64,000 bases of DNA from Desulfurococcales archaeon (GTDB taxonomy: Archaea; Thermoproteota; Thermoprotei_A; Sulfolobales; WANQ01). Of the stretch, positions 27,300 through 35,442 are shown in pieces. The stretch lies in NCBI GenBank assembly GCA_027030065.1, contig JALVFK010000109.1, positions 13,572-77,571 on the forward strand, read 5' to 3'. Each line of letters begins with the position of its first letter. Position 1 is the first letter of the stretch. The translations under genes and the position numbers were made by a program. Below the pieces are notes generated by a model. That model searched no databases, had not been told where the DNA came from, and worked only from the letters and a program-made list of their open reading frames with translations.

Positions 27300-28202
27300 C
27301 TATTTAACCTTTCCTACTATGTCATAATATATTCCGAGTAAGCTTTTATATGCGGAACCTCGAAATAATGGATTATTTTCCCTTACTTTTACTATATACA
27401 TTGTTTCCTCGTCGACTTCCAATAACATTTTATATATTTTGTCGGGATCTTGTATGCCCTTTCTTACTTGTTCTTCTATAAAGTTTTTCCATTCTATTAT
27501 TTTTCTCTTAGCTCTTTCCAATATCTGTATTCCGGATTCTAGTGCTAGCCCGAAATGCGATACCGCTACTTTATCTGGTTTCTCTGCTATGATTTTATCT
27601 ATGCTTTTTAATGCTAGTTCTGTTTTAAATGGTGGCGGGCTCACAGGATGCAATCTGCCATCATAGTACGTTGCTACAGCATCCCCAGTTACCGCTATGT
27701 TGTCTGGATGAACTATGTATACTACATGATGTGGTGCATGTCCTGGAGTATGAATCGCTTTAACAACTACTCCTCCTATATCTATGTTCTCGTAATCATC
27801 TATGCCTTTTACATACTCGCTACTTATAGGCTCCGGTCTTCCTTGTAGCTCAGCAACTTCCCTTCCCAAGACTCTTATTGCGGCATCCCATAGCTTTGAG
27901 GGATCTATTAAATGTTTAACACCTCTTGGGTGAACTAATATTCTCGTATTAGTCCCGATTCTCCTTACTAGTGATGTCGCTCCACCACCGTGATCTAAGT
28001 GTATATGTGTTAAAGCAATATACTTGAGTTCTTTAGGATCAATTATTTTCTCTAGCTCTGAGTAAAGCGTTTCTAAAGAACAGCGAGGACCAGTATCAAT
28101 TAACAACGAGTAATCGTCTCCTACAACCAAGTACACCGCTATTTGCCTCTCATATCCTAGAGGCTTTACATCTATCTGATAAACATGACTACTTATTTTC
28201 AT
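27300..28202 (-). CDS. metallo-beta-lactamase fold hydrolase
   Basis: 'LTHIHLDHGGG' HxHxDH motif, a later 'HTPGHAPHH', and 'TGD'. Confidence 0.85.
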   Translation of the reverse strand: MKISSHVYQIDVKPLGYERQIAVYLVVGDDYSLLIDTGPRCSLETLYSELEKIIDPKELKYIALTHIHLDHGGGATSLVRRIGTNTRILVHPRGVKHLIDPSKLWDAAIRVLGREVAELQGRPEPISSEYVKGIDDYENIDIGGVVVKAIHTPGHAPHHVVYIVHPDNIAVTGDAVATYYDGRLHPVSPPPFKTELALKSIDKIIAEKPDKVAVSHFGLALESGIQILERAKRKIIEWKNFIEEQVRKGIQDPDKIYKMLLEVDEETMYIVKVRENNPLFRGSAYKSLLGIYYDIVGKVK

Positions 28203-28326
28203 AACAAAACCCCTAGCCTATGTCCTTAGAGAACTATAATATTATATTATTAAATCTAACCCTAGAAGTTGTTTTTGTATATCATATGAAAACTTTGCAA
28301 CATATGGTGGCCTTACTTTTAATTAT

Positions 28327-28599
28327 CTAGTTCTCAAGTGAAAACTCGTCTGATTCCGTATTAATACTATCATATCTTGAGAGAATTACGTTTATTATTT
28401 CTTCTGATCCACCAAAAAATTCCTTTATAGCCTCCAATAACTCCTCTATACTATCCTTATCGACATTCTTACTACGTATGTGTTTCTCAAGCATAATCCA
28501 TGTCAACTGTCCATAGTGTTTGATAATAACTTCTCTAACAATGTCGATAACTTCTTCTCCATCTCTCGTTATACGAATTCTATTTGCTGGAGGCTTCAT
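28327..28599 (-). CDS. hypothetical small acidic helical protein
   Basis: 90 aa. 'VREVIIKHY' and 'IKEFFGGSEEIINVIL' blocks are shared with the 141-aa ORF. It is divergent from the KaiC-like gene. Confidence 0.5.
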   Translation of the reverse strand: MKPPANRIRITRDGEEVIDIVREVIIKHYGQLTWIMLEKHIRSKNVDKDSIEELLEAIKEFFGGSEEIINVILSRYDSINTESDEFSLEN

Positions 28600-28770
28600 T
28601 GAATTAGCACCTCTTATATCACGATCACTGGTAATAGTATAATTGCTCTACGATAAAATGTTATATAAATATAATCCACAAGAATCACGAGTGAAAGATA
28701 ATATACAGTTTTTTCTAGTGTAAAAGTTTTCTATAAGTGGCGGAATAGTGTAGTTTCCAGTGGGGAACTA

Positions 28771-30168
28771 GTGATGCAGGCAAGATACTATATAGAGAGG
28801 TGTCCCACAGGGGTACCGGGATTCGACGAGATTACTCAGGGGGGATTCATACGAGGATCACTAGTACTACTAGCTGGTGCTCCAGGTACTGGTAAGTCTG
28901 CTTTTGCTGCCAGGTTTCTCTACGAGGGTGCTCTGAGATGGGGTGAGCCGGGAGTCTATGTTAGTTTTGCTGAAACAAAGAATAAGTTCTATGCATTTAT
29001 GCGTAATTTTAACATGGACTTTGAAGAATTAGAGAAGAAGGGTTTGTTTAAGTTTCTACAATTACCAACAACTATTAGCCGCGAAGCTATATCGTCTTTT
29101 ATGGAGATATTGTTTAATACCATTATCTCCATGAACGCTAAGAGACTGGTAATAGACTCAATAACCCCTATAGCACAAGTATTGGGACCTATTGAGACAA
29201 GAGCAACGCTACATAATGCACTCTACAATCTAGCCAACCTATATAATGTTACTATAATAATGATACAGGATATACCCATAGGGTCTAATAGGATAGGCTA
29301 TGGTGTTGAGGAATTCATAGTTGACGCCGTAATAGTGTTGAACCTAGACTATACGAAGCCTGGAGCATATAGACGCTACATGAATATCCTGAAGTTTAGG
29401 GGAACATGGATATCGGATATAGCCATAGAATACAGTATTGTATCTGGTATAGGGTTTATACTACACCCACCAGTAACCTTTAGGAACATCTATGTTAACA
29501 GATCAAGAAGGCTTAGAACCTATATTAGAGGATTGGATGAACTCCTAGGAGGAGGACTAGTAAAGGGTTCATCAACACTAGTTGAGGGAGTAAGCGGTAG
29601 CGGTAAAACATTATTAACGCTAACAATAGCTGCTGAAAACGTACTACATGGTGAAAACGTATTCTATCTATCATTTGACGAGCCTTCAAGCCAGTTAAAG
29701 GAGACTTTAAAACTATTAGGTTATAACATAGAAGAACTTGAAAGAAAAGGATTGAAAATAATATGCATGGATCCCTACGATGTATCGCCTGGAAAACTTA
29801 GATGGTGGGTCCTGCAAAACCTAGTCTTTAAAGATACAAGGCTTGTCGGTCTCGTCGTCATCGATGGTTTATCAGCGCTTCAAAGAATATTTGATGAGAA
29901 GGAGTTCACTAGAACTATTGAGGAACTCGTAATGAATCTTAAAAATGAAAGTATTTCAACTATATTGAACTTATCTTTAAAGCATAGAGAAGATAGACCT
30001 AGCCTTGAGACCTTAGTGGACAACGTGATATTAATAGACCTTCGCTTTGAGGGTACTAAACTTGAGCGTAGAGCAATGCTACTAAAATCTAGAATGAATA
30101 TTATTAAAGGCGAATGGCATAGACTTACTCTAGACGAAAGAGGTAGACCTACAATAGAACCCCTATAA
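28771..30168 (+). CDS. KaiC-like two-domain RecA-superfamily ATPase
   Basis: Two Walker A motifs (GAPGTGKSAFAARF and GVSGSGKTLLTL) and two Walker B-like strands (RLVIDSITP and LVVIDGLSAL). 465 aa. Confidence 0.85.
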   Translation: MMQARYYIERCPTGVPGFDEITQGGFIRGSLVLLAGAPGTGKSAFAARFLYEGALRWGEPGVYVSFAETKNKFYAFMRNFNMDFEELEKKGLFKFLQLPTTISREAISSFMEILFNTIISMNAKRLVIDSITPIAQVLGPIETRATLHNALYNLANLYNVTIIMIQDIPIGSNRIGYGVEEFIVDAVIVLNLDYTKPGAYRRYMNILKFRGTWISDIAIEYSIVSGIGFILHPPVTFRNIYVNRSRRLRTYIRGLDELLGGGLVKGSSTLVEGVSGSGKTLLTLTIAAENVLHGENVFYLSFDEPSSQLKETLKLLGYNIEELERKGLKIICMDPYDVSPGKLRWWVLQNLVFKDTRLVGLVVIDGLSALQRIFDEKEFTRTIEELVMNLKNESISTILNLSLKHREDRPSLETLVDNVILIDLRFEGTKLERRAMLLKSRMNIIKGEWHRLTLDERGRPTIEPL

Positions 30169-31728
30169 CTGGCTCACAAGACTTTTAGCAAATGATCTCA
30201 GAACATTATTTAATTGTATTAGATTATGTACTGGTACTACATACATAAATGGTAATTGATACTTCATTTTACCTGCTTCAATGATAATATTATTGTCTTT
30301 CACTATCTTATTGTATTCGCTTAGAAATAATTGTATTAGACTAATATAATGATTAGGGATTCGCGTATGACCTACACCGTGGAAGTACGTGAACATTGCT
30401 ATATCCCACGCTTTTTCTTCCACACTATTAGTTTCTCTAACTTGCTCTAGGTCTACTGGAACAATCACAGGGGTTGTGTTTTTACTTGTTAGGATATAGT
30501 TGTCAGGTTTTGTATCACCCATTACTATGTTGTTAATATGTAGTTTTCCTAGAAGTCTTCCAGTTAATTTATAGGCTGTTTCCGTAGTCTTATCCATGTT
30601 TTTAGATAATTCTACTAGGGTTTTCCCCTCAATATACTCAAATACTGTTACAGCTGATATAGGGTCTACGACTACTATTCTTCGATGCGGGAACCCTTTT
30701 GACGAGAGGAGAATTGATGCATGGTATTCATTGTATTGTCTTTCCCACGAATTTACTATGAACTTCTTAGACAGTATTGATGCTATAGATGCTAGTACCC
30801 ATTTTATACTACTAGGCGAAGTATACTGCTTCACTACTAGTCTCTTTTCTCCTACTCTATATATCTCGGTTGCATGAACTATACTTGTTCTTCCCTCTTT
30901 CTCTAATATACCGTATTTTTTCTCCAATAATTCACGCCAGTCTCCTAAGCCTAGGATTCCTTCTCTCATCTTGATCAATAAGTGGGGTTTTACGAGTTCA
31001 ACTGGGAATCTCGTGTATTGAGTGAGAGTAGATCGTTCGTCCATTAAGAAGCTCGTTATGGACATTGCAATAGGAGATACCTTCTCCTTTATTCTCGGAA
31101 TATATTTCTTATAGCTTGGCTCTGATAGAACTTTATCAGTCAATTTTACATGGTGATTATCTACTGGTTTCAGCCTACCTCCCGCTATTATAGACTGTAT
31201 TATTTCACGGTGGGTTTCTCTTAGAACATTCTTAAATTTATTAAAGCTAATGTATTCTAATATTCTTGTTGTCAGCATCCCGAGTGAACCGTATAGTCTT
31301 ATTCTAATAGATAATGCTTTTAATGGGAAGTACTCTATGGGGATGACGGCATAAGATAGGATTTTACCATAGCTTGCGAGGACGCTTATCTCCTCATCAA
31401 TAATTCTTTTTCTCGTATCAATAACTGTTTTTGTTAGCATTTTGTTCTTATCGTATATTATGTTTAACGGGAAGAGCAGATATGATGTTATATAGCCGCC
31501 AACTATATCATAATATGCGTCACCTATTAGCAATGCTCTTGAAACAATTGCGACTGGTATACGTGTATTGTCTATTTCTATTATTGTCTTCTTTAACATG
31601 CTCGGGCCTTCACTAATAACTAGGGCTCCAAAATCTCTTCCCTCTAAGGATACTAGTGCCAGAGCAGTAATTTTTTCCCCTAAAACATCCTTGAAATACT
31701 CTAGTACTTTCCGTCGCATAGACACCAC
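30163..31728 (-). CDS. uncharacterised N-terminal domain fused to a Bud32/RIO-like atypical protein kinase domain
   Basis: The C-terminal ~190 aa carry 'RLVVKQY' (beta3 Lys), 'FEYIEG' hinge, 'LGKLHINNIVMGDTKPDNYIL' catalytic loop (Met replaces the usual His) and 'VPVDLEQ' (DFG position). The N-terminal ~280 aa were not recognised. Confidence 0.6.
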   Translation of the reverse strand: MVSMRRKVLEYFKDVLGEKITALALVSLEGRDFGALVISEGPSMLKKTIIEIDNTRIPVAIVSRALLIGDAYYDIVGGYITSYLLFPLNIIYDKNKMLTKTVIDTRKRIIDEEISVLASYGKILSYAVIPIEYFPLKALSIRIRLYGSLGMLTTRILEYISFNKFKNVLRETHREIIQSIIAGGRLKPVDNHHVKLTDKVLSEPSYKKYIPRIKEKVSPIAMSITSFLMDERSTLTQYTRFPVELVKPHLLIKMREGILGLGDWRELLEKKYGILEKEGRTSIVHATEIYRVGEKRLVVKQYTSPSSIKWVLASIASILSKKFIVNSWERQYNEYHASILLSSKGFPHRRIVVVDPISAVTVFEYIEGKTLVELSKNMDKTTETAYKLTGRLLGKLHINNIVMGDTKPDNYILTSKNTTPVIVPVDLEQVRETNSVEEKAWDIAMFTYFHGVGHTRIPNHYISLIQLFLSEYNKIVKDNNIIIEAGKMKYQLPFMYVVPVHNLIQLNNVLRSFAKSLVSQL

Positions 31729-31749
31729 GCTACTATGGTCTCTATGCTT

Positions 31750-32586
31750 TTAGCCTACACGGTTTAAGTCTATTCTTATACCGCTCCCAAACCCCTTTAC
31801 CGCTATGTGAAGCCTCCCCCTAGACTCATAGTATTCTGAATCTATGTAATAGTACTCATAGAGTCTCGAACCATTAATGTTTACTTCTTCTACTCCACCT
31901 ATGTTTTCCCTAACAACTCTTATCTTAGTATAATTGCTTATATTGATTCTCGAATAAGATATCGAAGTATATGATTCTAGTTCAAATGATATTTCACCAG
32001 TATAGTTTAATCTAGAGTAATCCATATAGGATTCCATTAATGATTCTTCTAGTCTCACTACAATAGCATTTATTAGACTATTATTTGCTATGAATTCCAC
32101 TATACTTCCAGTAAACCTTGCCTCAATATAATTACATCTCATGTTATTTAATGATACTAGAATGTATGATAACTTACTATCTAGTCCCAAGTAATCTATT
32201 TCCTCGGGCAACAGTATCTCAACAAAATATCCTATTACAATCATTGTCTTCACGCCATCTTCATCGTAGAGCATGTATTCAGAGGGTATGTTTGCTAACG
32301 CCGTTAACTTCACCTCTATTCCACTATTATTGTTACTATATGATGTTATTTTTACAATAGAACTCCTAAACTTGAATGCTATACGTGTAGTATTTAGTGA
32401 AAACTTTGTTGTCGCATTGGATTTCACGAGTATGTTTTCAAGTATTGTATTGTATATTGTTTTTACTAGGCTCTTGTATCCAGTCTCTCCTCGGGGGTTG
32501 TAGGCTTGCATAACTATTAATGGGTATATGAGACCTATTACCAGTATTACTACTAGTATTGATCCTATGAGTAGTTGTTTTCTCAA
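31750..32586 (-). CDS. N-terminally anchored extracytoplasmic protein, unknown function
   Basis: 278 aa. 'MRKQLLIGSILVVILVIGLIYPLIV' anchor, rest Asn/Tyr/Ser-rich. Confidence 0.55.
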   Translation of the reverse strand: MRKQLLIGSILVVILVIGLIYPLIVMQAYNPRGETGYKSLVKTIYNTILENILVKSNATTKFSLNTTRIAFKFRSSIVKITSYSNNNSGIEVKLTALANIPSEYMLYDEDGVKTMIVIGYFVEILLPEEIDYLGLDSKLSYILVSLNNMRCNYIEARFTGSIVEFIANNSLINAIVVRLEESLMESYMDYSRLNYTGEISFELESYTSISYSRINISNYTKIRVVRENIGGVEEVNINGSRLYEYYYIDSEYYESRGRLHIAVKGFGSGIRIDLNRVG

Positions 32587-32589
32587 TTA

Positions 32590-33228
32590 TTACACCATAA
32601 GTATCCCTAAGATTATTAGACCCAATACTATTATTGTTATGAGGAAAGAAGCAATAACACTACCTAATTTTACCGCATAGGCTTTCACGTATGCATTAAC
32701 GATAATACAAGACTTTAACACTAATGATACTATAGACGCTATAATCAATGTTATAGCTGAAGATACTATATCTAAGGGCAACGCTACTAGACCAGCAACA
32801 ATGATTACTGAATCAGCTATCCAAGAATAGCTCACAATAACTATGTCCTCTATTATACTATGTTTAACACCTTGTAAACGCATACTTGAATTAAAGAGTA
32901 GAGTAAAGGCAAGCATTATCAATAGATCTGCTATTACTCCTAGTGAAACTCCCCAAACGTTAACATATCCCGCATAGTATGTTAGGAAGGAGTATTGGGG
33001 GAACATTGTTACGAGCATTTTAAGTGTTTTAAACATTATTATTCCGGATACAACCTGGTATTTCGCTATACTAAACAATATTATCGTAATTAACCCCAAT
33101 ACTATGTTCGGTGTCTTCTCAAATATTCGCCTACTTACAAGTTCTTTTGGTGATACTATTATGAGTGATAGAGAACCTATGTATCCTCCGATAACTCTAA
33201 CCAGTAGTCCGTATTGCACTACAGACAC
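32590..33228 (-). CDS. polytopic membrane protein (about 6 TM), unknown function
   Basis: 212 aa, hydrophobic throughout. 3-nt gap to the downstream ORF. Confidence 0.55.
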   Translation of the reverse strand: MSVVQYGLLVRVIGGYIGSLSLIIVSPKELVSRRIFEKTPNIVLGLITIILFSIAKYQVVSGIIMFKTLKMLVTMFPQYSFLTYYAGYVNVWGVSLGVIADLLIMLAFTLLFNSSMRLQGVKHSIIEDIVIVSYSWIADSVIIVAGLVALPLDIVSSAITLIIASIVSLVLKSCIIVNAYVKAYAVKLGSVIASFLITIIVLGLIILGILMV

Positions 33229-33258
33229 TCCAATAGTATAAGGCCCTCTTATCCTTAA

Positions 33259-34239
33259 TTAACTCCTAGCTTCATGGAGACAACGCATTATGTCGTATAA
33301 GATCTTCTTGGAAACGGTTACAGGATCTAATTGATGACTCCTAACTCTCATTACTAGTTCTAGGATTTCTCTATCACTTGACAATTTCTCCTCGAGTAAT
33401 TGTTCGAACCGCGCTTTTAAGAGCATGTCTAGTTCTAGTAACCTTCGCTTCTCTCTACGTTTACCCAAGAGGTTCTTGTCTTTTAGGAACGCGTAATGTT
33501 TCTTTATTGTATCTAATAGTTCCTTTACACCTCTATTCATTACAGCTGCTGTTTTATGTATTGGGGGCTTCCATCCACCCTCTCTTATAATGTTTTCTAA
33601 CGCGAATCTTACTTGGTTGTAAGTTGTTTCTGCTTCTGGTCTATCAGCTTTATTGACAACGTATATGTCTCCTATCTCCATTAAACCTGCTTTAAGCATC
33701 TGTATTTCGTCGCCTGCACCAGGTATTATTGTAACTATTACTGTGTCTGCTACATTCATTATCTGGACGTCGCTTTGTCCAGCTCCAACAGTCTCTATTA
33801 TAACGTAATCGTATCCAGCTGCATCAAGTATTTCGAGTGAGAGAAGTGCCCTCCACGGTAGTACTCCTTCTCTTCTAGCAGGCATGCTACGCATAAATAC
33901 TCCTTCATCAAGATATCGTTGCATTCGTATACGGTCTCCTAGTAGGCTTCCACCACTTAGAGGACTTGATGGGTCTATTGCTATTATCCCTATTCTCTTA
34001 TCCTCTCTCCTCAAAAGCTTGACTAGCCTTGATATTAGAGTGCTTTTTCCCGCACCAGGCATACCAGTTACTCCAATAACATGTGCTCTCAGCGTATTGG
34101 GCCAGATTATACTTGCTATGGGTTCGAAGTTTTCTATTGATTCCTCTATTAATGTTATCAGCTTAGCTATTGCTTGTTTTTCTCCCTTTAATGCTTGTTC
34201 CGCAAGGTCTACGAGATATTGTTCGCTTGTTTTCTCCAC
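33259..34239 (-). CDS. meaB: methylmalonyl-CoA mutase-associated G-protein chaperone (MeaB/ArgK)
   Basis: P-loop 'GVTGMPGAGKSTLI', 'ETVGAGQSD' and 'VNKADR' (NKxD). 326 aa. Confidence 0.9.
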   Translation of the reverse strand: MEKTSEQYLVDLAEQALKGEKQAIAKLITLIEESIENFEPIASIIWPNTLRAHVIGVTGMPGAGKSTLISRLVKLLRREDKRIGIIAIDPSSPLSGGSLLGDRIRMQRYLDEGVFMRSMPARREGVLPWRALLSLEILDAAGYDYVIIETVGAGQSDVQIMNVADTVIVTIIPGAGDEIQMLKAGLMEIGDIYVVNKADRPEAETTYNQVRFALENIIREGGWKPPIHKTAAVMNRGVKELLDTIKKHYAFLKDKNLLGKRREKRRLLELDMLLKARFEQLLEEKLSSDREILELVMRVRSHQLDPVTVSKKILYDIMRCLHEARS

Positions 34240-34245
34240 TATCTA

Positions 34246-35241
34246 TCAACTCTTCATTAGAAGATCGGAGAGCTTCCTTACAGCATTCTTGTACAGGGAT
34301 ATACTCTTCGTAGTGCTTGGATCCACTTTATACATTCTTGCAAGATATACCGAGGCTAGTCCACCAACAATTGTACCATATATTAATTTCTGGAAATACC
34401 CGTTACCATTAAGTCTTAGTATTTTTGTTGGAAGACCGAGTTGTTTATAATAGTTTTCTGCAAAGTTCATGAGAACTTCTAAGGCCTCATCATCTATATC
34501 GTGTACTATTAGTGCTCCCCAGGGATATCTACCATTCCTCTCCCATCCTACAATATCGTTATGACCCCACTCCGGTATGATTTCTACTTTGACTGGTACC
34601 TTAGAGTTCTCGTTGAACTCGTTCTTGAGTCTCCAGCCTAAGCCCCAGTACTTGTTGGGGACAACAATTATTGGGATGCGATCATAGAGGTCCTCGGCTA
34701 TAATTTTAGCGTCCTCAACAATATTATTCATGTTCTGTCGAAGGAATAATACTAGGTCTTCTACTTCTTTGCGGGAGACAAGTGTTAGATTCGATGAATC
34801 AAGTACTCCTAGAGCTGCCGTTAACATTTCAGGTAGGGCTGTACGAGGTAGGAGATTTTCCGATACCTTTACGTATGGTATGTTTTCTTCTTCAGCCTTC
34901 TCGAGTAACATGCCGTTAGAAGCTATTACAACGATATTTAAGTCACGTTTCAATGCTTTATTAAAACATGAAATCGTTTCAATAGTATTACCTGAGTAGC
35001 TGACAATAAAGACGAGATCCCTCTCATCTAGGAACAAGGGTAGCTCATAGTCTTTAACCACAAGTACAGGGGGAAAGCCTGGCTTACGGAACGCGAGCAT
35101 TGAAACATAATCTCCAACTACTCCGCTTCCACCCATACCACAAAATACTATTGACCTGGGCTTCAAGTGTAGGCTTACCTTACCCCAAGACTCCAACATG
35201 TTACGGAACATATCTGGCCAACGTAGGTAGAGGTCTTCCAT
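34246..35241 (-). CDS. bifunctional phosphoglucose/phosphomannose isomerase (SIS-domain PGI/PMI family)
   Basis: SIS motifs 'FCGMGGSGVVGDY' and 'IVSYSGNTIET'. The 331-aa size fits crenarchaeal PGI/PMI. SD GGTGATC lies before the ATG. Confidence 0.8.
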   Translation of the reverse strand: MEDLYLRWPDMFRNMLESWGKVSLHLKPRSIVFCGMGGSGVVGDYVSMLAFRKPGFPPVLVVKDYELPLFLDERDLVFIVSYSGNTIETISCFNKALKRDLNIVVIASNGMLLEKAEEENIPYVKVSENLLPRTALPEMLTAALGVLDSSNLTLVSRKEVEDLVLFLRQNMNNIVEDAKIIAEDLYDRIPIIVVPNKYWGLGWRLKNEFNENSKVPVKVEIIPEWGHNDIVGWERNGRYPWGALIVHDIDDEALEVLMNFAENYYKQLGLPTKILRLNGNGYFQKLIYGTIVGGLASVYLARMYKVDPSTTKSISLYKNAVRKLSDLLMKS

Positions 35242-35340
35242 GCGATCACCACTATTCAGTCCTAGCTATTATAACCTGGTTTTTAAAGTATAGTCCCAGA
35301 ATACTAGTAAATAGACCTATAGTAGAGTTTACCTTTGGCC

Positions 35341-35362
35341 TAGTGGTTTTCTAATACCACTA
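35341..35362. promoter_or_regulatory. inverted repeat TAGTGGT-N8-ACCACTA in the divergent PGI/PMI-GH57 intergenic region
   Basis: Exact 7-bp arms at 35341-35347 and 35356-35362. Confidence 0.3.
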
Positions 35363-35442
35363 TGCCGGACGCCTATATTCTTAAGCCCTACCAGTCTACT
35401 ATAATGCTATAGTCTCCTTAAAGTCTACGAGGGGATAAGGTA

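Noticed and set aside
35248-35255. Third copy of ACCACTAT near the PGI/PMI start as part of the candidate operator
   Set aside because: On the minus strand it reads ATAGTGGTGATCGC-ATG, so the GGTGATC Shine-Dalgarno sequence explains it. The same 10-mer TCACCACTAT at 52961-52970 lies upstream of the Lrp gene, and I treat that as coincidence.
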